Assembly (NCBI GenBank): GCA_963555755.3
Contig: OY820905.2
Location: forward strand, 2,880,001-2,944,000
DNA: 64,000 nucleotides
Reading direction: 5' to 3'
DNA from: Nitrospirales bacterium
GTDB lineage: Bacteria > Nitrospirota > Nitrospiria > Nitrospirales > UBA8639
Below the pieces are notes generated by a model. It saw nothing but the letters and a program-made list of their open reading frames with translations. It searched no databases and had not been told where the DNA came from. The translations under genes and the position numbers were made by a program. This document shows positions 28,842-42,733 of this stretch, in pieces; position 1 is the stretch's first letter, and each line of letters starts with the position of its first letter.

Positions 28842-31337
28842 CTAGGAAGAACCATTCTCTTCGGCAGAATTTCCTGTACTATTGGTTTCGTTATCTTCTT
28901 CAGGGTCGGCGCTTTCGGCAAGCTTGGCTACGCCTACGACTCGGTCGGTGTCTTCCATAACAATCAGGCGAACACCTTGGGAATTTCGGCCGATGTCTCG
29001 GAGGTAATCCATTTTGGTGCGTAAGATTTTTCCTTCAGCGGTCATGAGCATAATTTCATCGGTATCGTTCACTTGATGAAAAGATACCGCTTGACCATTT
29101 TTGTCTGTCATCTTGACACTGATGACGCCTCGGCCCCCTCGGCCTTGTGGTCGGTAACCAGTGGCTAACGTTCGCTTCCCGAATCCTCCCTCGGTCACTG
29201 TCAAAATTGACGCTTCCGCCCCAGGTGTGATCGTCGTCATGCCAATGACTTGATTGGTTTCGTCGAGACTGATGCCGCGCACGCCCCGGCCCGTCCGGCC
29301 TATGGGGCGCACATCTTTTTCGCGAAACCGGATCACAATCCCTTCCTTGGAACCCAAGAGAATGTCGCTGTTTCCATCGGTGATTTCAACGCCAATGAGT
29401 TTATCGCCTTCTTCCAATGTCAAGGCAATAATTCCCCCTTGGCGCGGATTACCATACGCCGACAGCTCGGTCTTTTTTATGATCCCCCGGCGAGTGGCCA
29501 TGACTACGTAAAGATCGTCCGGAAATTCTCTAACCGGCAGCGTCGCCGTGACTTTTTCACCCGAGGCGAGGGCTAATAAATTCACCATGGCTTTGCCCTT
29601 GCTCGCACGTCCGGCTTCAGGGATTTCATGCACTTTGAGCCAATAGACTTTTCCCGCATCAGTGAAGAACAGAATGAAATCATGGGTTGAGGCCGTAAAG
29701 AGTTTTTCGACGAAATCCTCGTCCTTCACCCCCATGCCAATTTTTCCCTTACCACCCCGGCGTTGTGCACGGTATTCGGACACTGGATGACGTTTGATAT
29801 ATCCCGCATGGGATATGGTGACCGCCATTTCTTCATCCGCGATTAAATCTTCGATATTGATTTCCGCTTCTTGGGGAATGATCTGGGTACGCCGGTCGTC
29901 TTGATAGGCTTCTTTAATTTCGATCAATTCATCTTTGATGACTTTTCGGACAAGGTCTTCTGAGCCAAGGACTGCTTTTAACGAAGCAATCTTGGCCTTC
30001 AAGTCTTCGAGTTCTTGGATCAATTTGTTACGCTCGAGTTGCGTCAATCGTTGGAGCCGCATGTCGAGAATTGCGGCCGCTTGAATGTCTGACAAAGGAA
30101 ATTGTTCCACGAGTTGGGTTTTGGCCACGTCAGGGGAAGCTGATCCACGAATGAGCGTAATAATGGCGTCTAGATGTTCCAGCGCGATTTGGAGGCCTTC
30201 GAGAATATGCGCGCGTGCTTCTGCCTTCCGCATTTCAAAGGCGGTCCGGCGAATGATGACTTCTCGCCGATGTTCCAAAAACGCCACAAGGATTTGTTTA
30301 AGAGTGAGCACCTGGGGCCGGTTGTTGACCAAGGCCAGCATGATCACCCCAAAGGTGTTTTGCAGCTGCGTGTGCTTATACAACTGATTGAGTATGACCA
30401 AAGGAATTGTGCCCTTTTTCAATTCAATGACTACGCGCATGCCGTCGCGATCCGATTCGTCTCGAATATCGGATATGCCGTCGATTCGCTTTTCGTGAAT
30501 CAGTTCGGCAATCTTTTCCAACAGTTTGGCTTTATTCACCTGATAGGGGATTTCGGTCACGATGAGGCTATCACGATCACGCCGTTCATCGGTTTCGATA
30601 TGGGTCTTCGCTCGAACGGTCAACAATCCCCGACCGGTGTGATAGGCATTTTTGATCCCTTGCGTACCATAAATGAATCCCGCCGTGGGAAAATCCGGGC
30701 CGGGAATAATTTCCATCAAGTCCGCGATCGTGACCTCTGGTTCATCGAGAACTTTGATCAGCGCCGTCACCACTTCCCCGATGTTGTGTGAGGGAATGTT
30801 CGTGGCATACCCGACCGCGATACCCCCTGCGCCATTGATAAGGAGGTTCGGCACCTTAGCTGGCAGAACCAACGGCTCGACATCGGATTCATCATACGTG
30901 GGGCCAAAGTCCACGGTTTCTTTTTCGATGTCCGCCAGCATCTCCCCAGCCAACTTCGTCAGCCGGGCTTCGGTGTATCGCATGGCTGCTGGCGGATCGC
31001 CATCAACTGATCCATAGTTCCCTTGGCCATCCATGAGCGTGTAGCGCATGTTGAAGTCTTGAGCCATCCGCACCTGCGTGTCATAAATTGCCGAATCACC
31101 ATGCGGGTGATAGTTACCCATAATTTCGCCGACGATTTTGGCCGACTTCCGATAGGTGCGGTTGTGGGCCAGGCCCATTTGATGCATGCCGTACAAGATT
31201 CGCCGATGCACCGGCTTGAACCCATCTCGTACGTCGGGCAAGGCTCGACCGACGATGACACTCATCGCGTAATCGAGATACGACATTCGCATCTCATCTT
31301 CGATCGCTATTTGGGTCAGGCGTTCTTCAGGTGGCAT
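28842..31337 (-). CDS. gyrA: DNA gyrase subunit A
   Basis: YHPHGDSAIYD, AAMRYTE, GyrA-box QRRGGKG. Confidence 0.98.
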   Translation of the reverse strand: MPPEERLTQIAIEDEMRMSYLDYAMSVIVGRALPDVRDGFKPVHRRILYGMHQMGLAHNRTYRKSAKIVGEIMGNYHPHGDSAIYDTQVRMAQDFNMRYTLMDGQGNYGSVDGDPPAAMRYTEARLTKLAGEMLADIEKETVDFGPTYDESDVEPLVLPAKVPNLLINGAGGIAVGYATNIPSHNIGEVVTALIKVLDEPEVTIADLMEIIPGPDFPTAGFIYGTQGIKNAYHTGRGLLTVRAKTHIETDERRDRDSLIVTEIPYQVNKAKLLEKIAELIHEKRIDGISDIRDESDRDGMRVVIELKKGTIPLVILNQLYKHTQLQNTFGVIMLALVNNRPQVLTLKQILVAFLEHRREVIIRRTAFEMRKAEARAHILEGLQIALEHLDAIITLIRGSASPDVAKTQLVEQFPLSDIQAAAILDMRLQRLTQLERNKLIQELEDLKAKIASLKAVLGSEDLVRKVIKDELIEIKEAYQDDRRTQIIPQEAEINIEDLIADEEMAVTISHAGYIKRHPVSEYRAQRRGGKGKIGMGVKDEDFVEKLFTASTHDFILFFTDAGKVYWLKVHEIPEAGRASKGKAMVNLLALASGEKVTATLPVREFPDDLYVVMATRRGIIKKTELSAYGNPRQGGIIALTLEEGDKLIGVEITDGNSDILLGSKEGIVIRFREKDVRPIGRTGRGVRGISLDETNQVIGMTTITPGAEASILTVTEGGFGKRTLATGYRPQGRGGRGVISVKMTDKNGQAVSFHQVNDTDEIMLMTAEGKILRTKMDYLRDIGRNSQGVRLIVMEDTDRVVGVAKLAESADPEEDNETNSTGNSAEENGSS

Positions 31338-31384
31338 AGGTTTTTATTTGACGTTTCTTATGAGAACAAATTTTAAATATCTAA

Positions 31385-31507
31385 TAAAATCTGCTCACAA
31401 TGATCATCCAGCAAGGCCGCAGGCGGCGAAAATTCCGAGGCGTACTAGTAAGTACGTTGAGGAATTTGAGCAACGAGAACGCAGCTGGGGATCATTGTGA
31501 GCAGATT

Positions 31508-31510
<3 letters not shown>
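31385..31510. mobile_element. 126-bp MITE overlapping the gyrB stop codon
   Basis: Perfect TIR taaaatctgctcacaatgatc / gatcattgtgagcagatttta. Confidence 0.85.
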
Positions 31511-35187
<3,677 letters not shown>

Positions 35188-35266
35188 AACAGAGCTCCCT
35201 TCTGATAACAGGCGGTTAAACTAAATAACCACCCGCTTTTTTTCTAAGTTCGTGCTGATACCCGGT

Positions 35267-35447
35267 AGGACCTGAGAGAAAATAACTTGGACTATATCGC
35301 GCCAAGATTTGGGTCGGAATTGGACGGAACGATTGAGAAACACCCGAGGCATAGCACAGCTATGTTGAGGGTTTTTCGATTGAGGCCCGTTCAAAGATGG
35401 CCCGAAGATTGGATGCGAGGGGTCCAAGATATTTTCTCTCAGGTCCT
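35267..35447. mobile_element. 181-bp MITE abutting the dnaA stop codon
   Basis: TIR aggacctgagagaaaataacttggac / gtccaagatattttctctcaggtcct (25/26 match). Confidence 0.85.
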
Positions 35448-36793
35448 TAAGCTTTACTGATCTCATCTTTTAGGCTTTCGAGTGTTGTCCGCAACGCGGT
35501 GTCGTTGTCGAGGGCTTTCTCAATTTGCCGACACGCGTGGATGATCGTTGTATGATCCTTTCCTCCAAACTCACGGCCTATTTCGGGAAATGATGATGCT
35601 GTAAGTTCACGGGAGAGAAACATGGCGATCTGTCTGGGATGTACGAGGGTTTTGGTGCGCCTCTTGGATTTTAAATCTGAAATTTTTACATTAAACCGAT
35701 TGGCCACCACTTCTTGTACATCCTCCAGGGTAATAAACTTTCTTTTATGGCCCAATAGATCTCGTAAAATAGTCTTGGCCATTTCGGTCGTGATAATTTT
35801 CCCAGTAAGGGTAGCATACGCCCCCAACCGAATTAGGGCTCCTTCTAACTCACGAATATTACTTTTGAGATTTTCAGCCACTAGTTGGATTACTTCGTCC
35901 CCAATGGCGATGCCTTCGTCTTCTGACTTCTTTCTGAGAATGGCGATGCGTGTTTCCAGATCTGGCGGTTGAAGGTCGGCAATGAGACCCCACTCAAATC
36001 GCGAACGAAGGCGTTCTTCCATAGAGGGCATTTCTTTGGGAAACCGATCACTCGATAGCACAATCTGTTTTCTGTCTTCATACAGCGTATTAAACGTGTG
36101 AAAGAATTCTTCTTGGGTTCGCTCCTTACCCGCTAAAAATTGGATATCGTCGATCAACAGCATATCGACATTTCGGTATCGCCGTCTCAGGTCAATCATT
36201 TTATCGTATCGAATGGAGTTAATGACTTCGTTTGTGAATTGTTCCGTGGTGACATAGGCAATACGGAGGTTAGTCTTCTCCATCACAAAATTACCTATTG
36301 AGTTGAGGAGATGCGTTTTCCCCAAGCCAACCCCACCATAAATGAAGAAAGGGTTATACGCCCTTGCCGGCGCTTCCGCGACCGCCAGACTCGCAGCATG
36401 GGCAAATTGATTACTGGCGCCCACAACAAAGCTGTCAAATGTATACTTTGGATTGGGAAGTTGCCGTCTGGGTGGCCTCCCTTGGACTGGAGGTTGAGAG
36501 ACTAAAGCTGGAGGTTGAATATCGCTGGGATTGTTCTCATCACCTACGACAAACAGGATTTTGACTTGTCCCTCCCCCTCTTTTCCTTGGGCGGAGTGAA
36601 TAGCTTCCCCAATCAGAGTCCGGTAGTTTCTTCCTAACCACTCTCCAAAAAACTTATTGGGAACAATAATGGTTGCATTTGATCCATTAATTTCACCCAA
36701 ACAAGTTTGGCGAAACCAGGTTTCGATAACATCCTTCCCCATCCGTGACTCAATAAAACCTAAGGCACGGTCCCAAATTTTAGACCCTTTCAC
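35447..36793 (-). CDS. dnaA: Chromosomal replication initiator
   Basis: YNPFFIYGGVGLGKTHL, IDDIQF, RSRFEWG, FGGKDHTTIIHA. Confidence 0.98.
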   Translation of the reverse strand: MKGSKIWDRALGFIESRMGKDVIETWFRQTCLGEINGSNATIIVPNKFFGEWLGRNYRTLIGEAIHSAQGKEGEGQVKILFVVGDENNPSDIQPPALVSQPPVQGRPPRRQLPNPKYTFDSFVVGASNQFAHAASLAVAEAPARAYNPFFIYGGVGLGKTHLLNSIGNFVMEKTNLRIAYVTTEQFTNEVINSIRYDKMIDLRRRYRNVDMLLIDDIQFLAGKERTQEEFFHTFNTLYEDRKQIVLSSDRFPKEMPSMEERLRSRFEWGLIADLQPPDLETRIAILRKKSEDEGIAIGDEVIQLVAENLKSNIRELEGALIRLGAYATLTGKIITTEMAKTILRDLLGHKRKFITLEDVQEVVANRFNVKISDLKSKRRTKTLVHPRQIAMFLSRELTASSFPEIGREFGGKDHTTIIHACRQIEKALDNDTALRTTLESLKDEISKA

Positions 36794-36809
36794 TACAAAT
36801 CTTCTCCTT

Positions 36810-37090
36810 AGCTATTATTCACAGGTTTATGCACAGATGTGGATAAGTTATACACGTATAGACTTTTCCCAATAATTATTCCAGCCATTTATTTTTTAGA
36901 CCCAAGGTCCCCACTTATCTATCAACATCTATTCTTCAGTCTATACCCGGCCTTATACCCATGATCATGAACGGGAATACCCAATATTCGTATGGAAAAA
37001 TGCGTTTTTCCCATTATCCACATGCCCTATTACTATTCCTATGACTACTATTCTTCTTTTAAAAATGAAAATTAGATATAGGAGTTTTAA
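36810..37090. promoter_or_regulatory. oriC: Replication origin oriC
   Basis: DnaA boxes ttattcaca 36815, ttatgcaca 36827, tgtggataa 36838, ttatacacg 36848, ttatccaca 37014, then GCCC, DnaA-trio-like run and AT-rich tract. Confidence 0.85.
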
Positions 37091-37094
37091 TAAT

Positions 37095-37355
37095 TTATAT
37101 GGATATCACCGTATCAGCATTTAAAATCATTTCCAACATATCAGAATATTGGATTTTAGAATATGAAACCGTCATATTTTGATCGGGCACATCATTTTCT
37201 AAAGCAAAACACGAAAATGGTACGTGGAGGTGAGCCCCCATTCCTTGTTGAATTAATATAGCTGAAACAGCAGTGTCGGGAGTGATGGGAAAGGATAAAA
37301 GCTGCTCAAAATCATTATCCGGTTGTTTGGAAATAAGATAGAGAATATTTTTCAT
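37095..37355 (-). CDS. DsrH/TusB-like small protein
   Basis: 86 aa; ILIQQG...FALEND...IQYSDMLEMILNADTVISI. Confidence 0.6.
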   Translation of the reverse strand: MKNILYLISKQPDNDFEQLLSFPITPDTAVSAILIQQGMGAHLHVPFSCFALENDVPDQNMTVSYSKIQYSDMLEMILNADTVISI

Positions 37356-37366
37356 GCTGATCTACG

Positions 37367-37723
37367 TTATCCTAAAACCAGAACACGATGGGCCTCGAAC
37401 ACGTGTGAATGTATTTCCTGGAGCGATTCCTCCTGGACGGAAAATTCCGTATCTATAGAATATTCTTTCGAGCTACCTTTAGGGATAACCAAAGGAATTT
37501 TTAGCTCTTGAATTGCAGGAATGTATTTTTCCAGAATTTCGGCGTCTTCTACCTCCAAGGCATCATCCGTTAAAAGTATTCTGGCTTTTCCAAGCAGGAC
37601 AATGGTTAGTGGATTTGGTCCTGTTGAGAGACCTAAGGCAATTCTAAAGCCCTCAACTGGTCTACCAGTGATCATGGGATCTTCGCGGAGTAACACGACT
37701 ATTTTTTCAGACATGGTCGACAC
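37367..37723 (-). CDS. DsrE/DsrF-like protein
   Basis: DP..TGRPVEGFRIALGL; adjacent to DsrH-like gene. Confidence 0.65.
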   Translation of the reverse strand: MSTMSEKIVVLLREDPMITGRPVEGFRIALGLSTGPNPLTIVLLGKARILLTDDALEVEDAEILEKYIPAIQELKIPLVIPKGSSKEYSIDTEFSVQEESLQEIHSHVFEAHRVLVLG

Positions 37724-37977
37724 TAGGCGAAGGGGAAAATATTTAATAATTACCCAGGGTACAATAAATAGAAAACGTCATTATTTAGCACAAATATCTC
37801 TTGGTATGGCAGTGAAAATAATTACACCAAAACCGAGAATAGGGAGATTGTAAGAATAGGAAAGGCCTAATACCGTTAAAACCAAGAGCCTTTATGAAAT
37901 GTGTTTATGACGACATTACTTATTGAAAAACAAGAAGAAAATCATATTCCTAGAAGAAGAAAAAGTCAATAAAATGA

Positions 37978-39306
37978 TTAGGGATCTGATGGGTCTAAAA
38001 GACGTTTTTCTAAGCAAGAAGAGACTGTGGATAATGGAATAGTCTCTTGTTGTTTTGTCATCATATTTCTAAGAATCACCTGGTTTTGTGAGGCCTCATC
38101 GTCGCCAAGAATCACCACGTACGGAGCCGATAGTCTGTCAGCTGAACGGAGATGGGATTTAAGCGATGAGGCATTATGGTCCGTGTCAGCTGTGATGCCA
38201 AGTGAACGGAGAGAGTCAAGAAGTGATAAGCTAGCCTGGGACCCTAAAGGGCCAAAACCCGCAACAAAAACCCATGGTTTAGGATTTGGAATAATTGATT
38301 CTGGTAGAGTAAGTAAGACCCGTTCTAGGCCAACAGCAAATCCCACCGCAGGGGTGGGTTTTCCGCCAAGTGCTTCAAATAGGCCATCATAACGTCCGCC
38401 TGCGCCAATGGCATTTTGGGCCCCTAAAGAGGAGCAAGAGACTTCAAAAGTGGTCATGGAGTAATAATCTAACCCTCGGACAAGTCGAGGATTGAGGCTG
38501 TAGGGAATGGAAAGAGTATTAAGGCCAGCGAGTACCCGGTCAAAATGATCTTTCGAAGTTGGGCCTAGAAAGTCTATGAGTTTTGGAGCCTCCTCCGTTG
38601 CGGTTCGACATTGAGGAACTTTACAGTCAAGGACCCGGAGGGGATTTGTGTCAATCCGACGACGGCAATTACCGCAGAATTCCTCTAATTTAGTCTTTAA
38701 AAATAACACAAGGTTTTCTTTGTACCCCTGACGGTCGGTTGGTTCTCCTAGTGAATTCATTTCCAGTGTGAGCCCAGGTAACTGCAAGGAAGAAAAAAAC
38801 CGCCACAAAAGAGAGATCACTTCAATATCTGCATGTGGGCTTGTAGTCCCAATCATCTCAACGCCAAACTGGTGAAATTGACGAAAACGACCGGCCTGTG
38901 GGCGTTCGTGGCGGAACATAGGCCCGATGTAATAAAGTTTTTTACACGTCGGATCGTTGGTAAAATTATGTTCAATAAAGGCCCGAACTACCCCGGCTGT
39001 CCCCTCAGGTCTCAGGGTGAGCAAGCTTCCATCACGGTCAGGAAAGGTATACATTTCCTTTTCCACAATGTCCGTGGCTCCCCCGATGCTCCGGACATAC
39101 AGTTCAGTCTGCTCAAATATGGGTATGCGGATTTCCTTAAATCCGTACGATTGAGCTAAACGATGTGCCACGCCTTCCACCACAGACCATTTCGGAATGT
39201 GACTAGGCGGAATATCCTTAACGCCTTTAATGCCGCGAATCATGGTCATTGTCCTACAATCGGGCTGAATGAGGTTTTTTGGGAAGAAGAAAGACCAAAC
39301 ACTCAA
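37978..39306 (-). CDS. hisS: Histidyl-tRNA synthetase (true start probably ~39240-39250)
   Basis: DIVEKEMY, LRPEGTA, FRHERPQAGRFRQFHQ, LVRGLDYY, AGGRYDGL. Confidence 0.97.
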   Translation of the reverse strand: MSVWSFFFPKNLIQPDCRTMTMIRGIKGVKDIPPSHIPKWSVVEGVAHRLAQSYGFKEIRIPIFEQTELYVRSIGGATDIVEKEMYTFPDRDGSLLTLRPEGTAGVVRAFIEHNFTNDPTCKKLYYIGPMFRHERPQAGRFRQFHQFGVEMIGTTSPHADIEVISLLWRFFSSLQLPGLTLEMNSLGEPTDRQGYKENLVLFLKTKLEEFCGNCRRRIDTNPLRVLDCKVPQCRTATEEAPKLIDFLGPTSKDHFDRVLAGLNTLSIPYSLNPRLVRGLDYYSMTTFEVSCSSLGAQNAIGAGGRYDGLFEALGGKPTPAVGFAVGLERVLLTLPESIIPNPKPWVFVAGFGPLGSQASLSLLDSLRSLGITADTDHNASSLKSHLRSADRLSAPYVVILGDDEASQNQVILRNMMTKQQETIPLSTVSSCLEKRLLDPSDP

Positions 39307-39439
39307 CTATAAAAGGGGGAAGTGGGGTGAGTCAACGAAAGAGAAAAGGACAAAGATAATCCACTCCCCTTCAAAGACGCTTAAAAATAAGGACTCTCGA
39401 GTTCAACTGATCGATACGACACCCTCAGCGAGGATGTCG

Positions 39440-39756
39440 TGGGTTTGGTCAATCCCCCGGCGGGGTCATGGTCAACGAGCGTTATGCCAGCGGCAGAGTC
39501 GGTGAGACGTGTTCGATTGCTGACCAAATCATACAAAATAGTAAGCGTAACGGTGGGTTGTACCTCAAGGTCCGCAGTGATGGGGGTCAACACGCGATTG
39601 ATTTAATAAAAAGGTTCCTGACACCTTATTCTTTTCACACGGATCTTCGCTAAGGAACCTCCCAGTCTTGGAATCATAGTACCCCGCTCGGTAATAGTAG
39701 AGGCCGCTTTCGGTATTCAATCCCCACCCTGTATAGGTAACGGCTCGGCCCGACAT
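39440..39756 (-). pseudogene. Highly degraded Rhs core remnant
   Basis: YTG...ESGLYYYRAGYYDSKTGRFLSEDP and YDLVSNRTRLTD fragments. Confidence 0.75.
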
Positions 39757-39926
39757 ACCGGCATCGTATACTAAACAATTTCCCCTATATCTTCCCCCAC
39801 CTAACGGCGACTTGCCCTTGTGGTCACCTCCTTGTTGAAACGTTTTCGCCCGGGTGCGAGTTTGAGGTTAACATCTTGGAAAAATTCGACCCGACTAATC
39901 CTCACATTCTCACTGTAATCCCCTTT

Positions 39927-40445
39927 TTATTCTTTCTGCCGAATATATCCAATTTGCCGTTTGGACGATTTGGGCGGCGCCAAGAGCTTTTGGAGAGAGT
40001 CATACAGCACCGCAATCTCTTTATCGTGTTTCTCCACTTTTCGAGCTAAGTCTTTATGAGTGGCCAGCATTTCCCGCATGCGCACAAAGGTTTTAATGAT
40101 GCTGATATTAATCTGGATCGCTCGCTTACTCCTCAGCACACTCGAAAGCATGGCGACGCCATGTTCGGTAAAGACCCATGGCAACTTGCGCCTTCCGCCT
40201 CGGCCACTCTTTGATATCACAATTTGTGATATCAAATGGAACTCCTCTTGAGACAGTTGAAACGCAAATTCTGGAGGGAACCGGTGGATATTACGGGTGA
40301 CACTCTGGTTCAATATTCGAGTTTCCACCCCATATAAATCTGCCAGATCGGAATCCAGCATCACCTTTTCCCTGTGAATCAAGTAAATACAGCTTGCGAT
40401 CCGCTCAATAGGAATCACCGCTTTGGCTTGGGATTTAGAGGGCAT
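39927..40445 (-). CDS. ORF6N-domain DNA-binding protein (copy B)
   Basis: KVMLDSDLADLYGV...RFP.EFAFQL...FTEHGVAMLSSVLRS. Confidence 0.9.
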   Translation of the reverse strand: MPSKSQAKAVIPIERIASCIYLIHREKVMLDSDLADLYGVETRILNQSVTRNIHRFPPEFAFQLSQEEFHLISQIVISKSGRGGRRKLPWVFTEHGVAMLSSVLRSKRAIQINISIIKTFVRMREMLATHKDLARKVEKHDKEIAVLYDSLQKLLAPPKSSKRQIGYIRQKE

Positions 40446-40462
40446 TGGCTCAATTTGCCTAG

Positions 40463-42126
40463 GAGCCTGTCTTGCATTGCGAGCAACTGGACCTGTTCCA
40501 GGCTTTTTTCGTCATATGACTCGCTGGTTACCTCATTTCATGCCTGGTTCTGTCGACCTTTGCTGGAATCTTGCTTCCTCGCGCTCCCTGTGAGAGTGGA
40601 TTTCCCTCTGCGTTATCCTGTGGCCCATGCTTTTCCGAATGCCGCCAGGCTGCGGTCAGACTTCACCAGGGCTGCCCAGAGTTTTCGGACGTTGTGGGTC
40701 GTGCAGATCAACGCCCATTCACCTTGGACCTTCTGCAGGCCCCGCAGGAGAAACTGGCGAAACCCACGCCCTTGTTTGATCTGGCCAAAGACCGGCTCCA
40801 CGATGACTTTCCGTTTCGCGTAGCGTGCGCGGCCCCGTTTCGTCCGCAACGTCCGCCGCATCCGGTCGGCCACGGACAGGCCCTTCGGGATCCGCCCCCG
40901 GGCAGCGGGCGGCTGGGCCTGCCTTCGATGCGTCTGGCGATCCGGGGGGATCAAGGTCTCTGTTCCCAACTCTTTGAGGGCCTGCACGTTGTCCTCACTG
41001 AAATACCCGGCATCCAGACTCACCGTCTTCGGCACCTGCGTGGTATTGGCGATCACCTGCTCCAGCAGCGGCCGCGCTTGCCGTTTGTCGTTGGTCTGTT
41101 GGGTGACATCGGCGGCGACAATAATCTGGGCCGTGGCATCGACCGCCGCCTGACAATTGTAGCCTTGCACAAAGCTCCCCTTGTCACTGGACGAGGGCAT
41201 GATCCGACTCTCGGGATCGGTAAAATTCTTCTGCGCCTTCGGCCCCGGCCCCGCGGCAGGGGCTGCAGGGGACGACTTCGTGGGGGGCCCTTCTCGCTCC
41301 TCCGCTTTGGCGGCCGCCGCGTCCCGGGCCTCCTGTTCCAACGCCACTTTGGCCGCTCGGATTTTCTCCAGGCGACTGGTGCGGAACGCCAATTCCTGCG
41401 GCAGTTCGTCGCCCCGGCACTCCGCGCCATAGGTCGCATCCTCTCGGGCATCCGCCGCCGCCGCGCCGGCGAGCAACGCCTCCACCTCGGCCTGTAAGCG
41501 CGTCTCTTCCTCCTGCATCCGCTCGTAGCTCATCGCCTTATGTTTGGACGCATTGGCTTTGACCTTGGTGCCATCCACCGCCACATGGCCCAATTTCACC
41601 AACCCGGCCTGATGACACAGCCGAAGCCCCTGGACAAAAATCCCGGTGAGCGCCGTCAGATGCCGCTTGCGAAACTCGGCAATCGTGCGGAAGTCGGGGG
41701 TGTTGTTTGCCGCCAGCACGCGAAAGCCGATGTCCTCTTCCAGCTTGCGGGCGATCTGCCGGGAGGAGGGGGTCCCGATACAATAGGCGTACAGCAGCAC
41801 CTTGACCAGCATCTGAGGATGGTAGGGCACCGTCCCGCGGGTGGGCTTGTCGTACCACGACAAAATGGCCGTCAGCTCAAGGGACTCCACCAGATCCGAG
41901 ATAAAATAGACCAAGTGCTTCGCGGGCAGCCACTCTTGCAAGGTCGGGGGCAACAGGAAGGGTTGCTCCGGGTCATAGGGACGAAACGTGCGGTCACACA
42001 TTCAGGCACCTCCAAGGGAGAAAATTGGTGCGAGCAGTGTACCAACTCCTGGAGTCGATGTCAAGTACTTATAGCTAGTGATATATACTGGTCATAGAAA
42101 TTGCAGGGCTTATCTCGGACAGGCTC
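40463..42126 (-). mobile_element. IS1182-family insertion sequence
   Basis: Ends gagcctgtc / gacaggctc; CTAG duplicated at 40459-40462 and 42127-42130. Confidence 0.9.
40613..42001 (-). CDS. IS1182-family transposase
   Basis: YHPQMLVK, PDFRTIAEFR, VDGTKVKANAS, TDPESRIM, DAGY, VEPVFGQIK. Confidence 0.93.
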   Translation of the reverse strand: MCDRTFRPYDPEQPFLLPPTLQEWLPAKHLVYFISDLVESLELTAILSWYDKPTRGTVPYHPQMLVKVLLYAYCIGTPSSRQIARKLEEDIGFRVLAANNTPDFRTIAEFRKRHLTALTGIFVQGLRLCHQAGLVKLGHVAVDGTKVKANASKHKAMSYERMQEEETRLQAEVEALLAGAAAADAREDATYGAECRGDELPQELAFRTSRLEKIRAAKVALEQEARDAAAAKAEEREGPPTKSSPAAPAAGPGPKAQKNFTDPESRIMPSSSDKGSFVQGYNCQAAVDATAQIIVAADVTQQTNDKRQARPLLEQVIANTTQVPKTVSLDAGYFSEDNVQALKELGTETLIPPDRQTHRRQAQPPAARGRIPKGLSVADRMRRTLRTKRGRARYAKRKVIVEPVFGQIKQGRGFRQFLLRGLQKVQGEWALICTTHNVRKLWAALVKSDRSLAAFGKAWATG

Positions 42127-42467
42127 CTAGAAGGACCAAGAGTGTCAAGAGAACAGATACCCGGCGGCAGGGATTGGGCGAGAAGGTTTCTTTTTTTAGT
42201 CGCTCTGGGGACGGCCGCCGAGGGCGGAGCGGAAGACAGCTTTCGAGAGAGATCATCGTAGCCACGATCGATGAGCTGGTTACTTCGAACCAACGCCTCC
42301 GCGCCACAAATACCGTCAATTTCTTCTATGCTTTTCACCATTTAGCTGCGGAATGCGCGTTTGAGCGTAACATCAATCGCGCAATTGTGCGAGATTGCAT
42401 GGATGGCGAATATTGACGATAATCGACGTATTGTCCATAATCGTCTAAACGAACAGGAGGAAGGCCT

Positions 42468-42725
42468 ATGGGTAGCAGTCTCAACCTGACTTTAACCGAT
42501 GAGCTTCGCGCCTTTATTGATCGAAACTGCGGAGACGGAACCCTCTTCGCCACACCGACCGAATTTATGCGGGATGTTTTGCGGGAAAAAAAACAGCGCC
42601 TTGAAGCCGCGGAATTACGCGCTGGTCTACTAGAAGGGTATCAAGACGCCATTGCAGGTCGAACAACCACGTTCTCAGGAAATTTAAAGGCCGATATGGC
42701 ACGGTTCAAAAAACGCGGTCACTAA
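42468..42725 (+). CDS. CopG/ParD-like RHH antitoxin, no toxin partner visible
   Basis: LNLTLTDELRAFID...FATPTEFMRDVLR...LRAGLLEG. Confidence 0.75.
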   Translation: MGSSLNLTLTDELRAFIDRNCGDGTLFATPTEFMRDVLREKKQRLEAAELRAGLLEGYQDAIAGRTTTFSGNLKADMARFKKRGH

Positions 42726-42733
42726 CTGTAATG

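Noticed and set aside
35221..35466. 81-aa ORF between dnaA and dnaN
   Set aside because: Lies almost wholly within a MITE.
40571..42097. Long antisense ORFs over transposases, gyrase and Rhs genes
   Set aside because: Shadow frames of GC-rich coding sequence.
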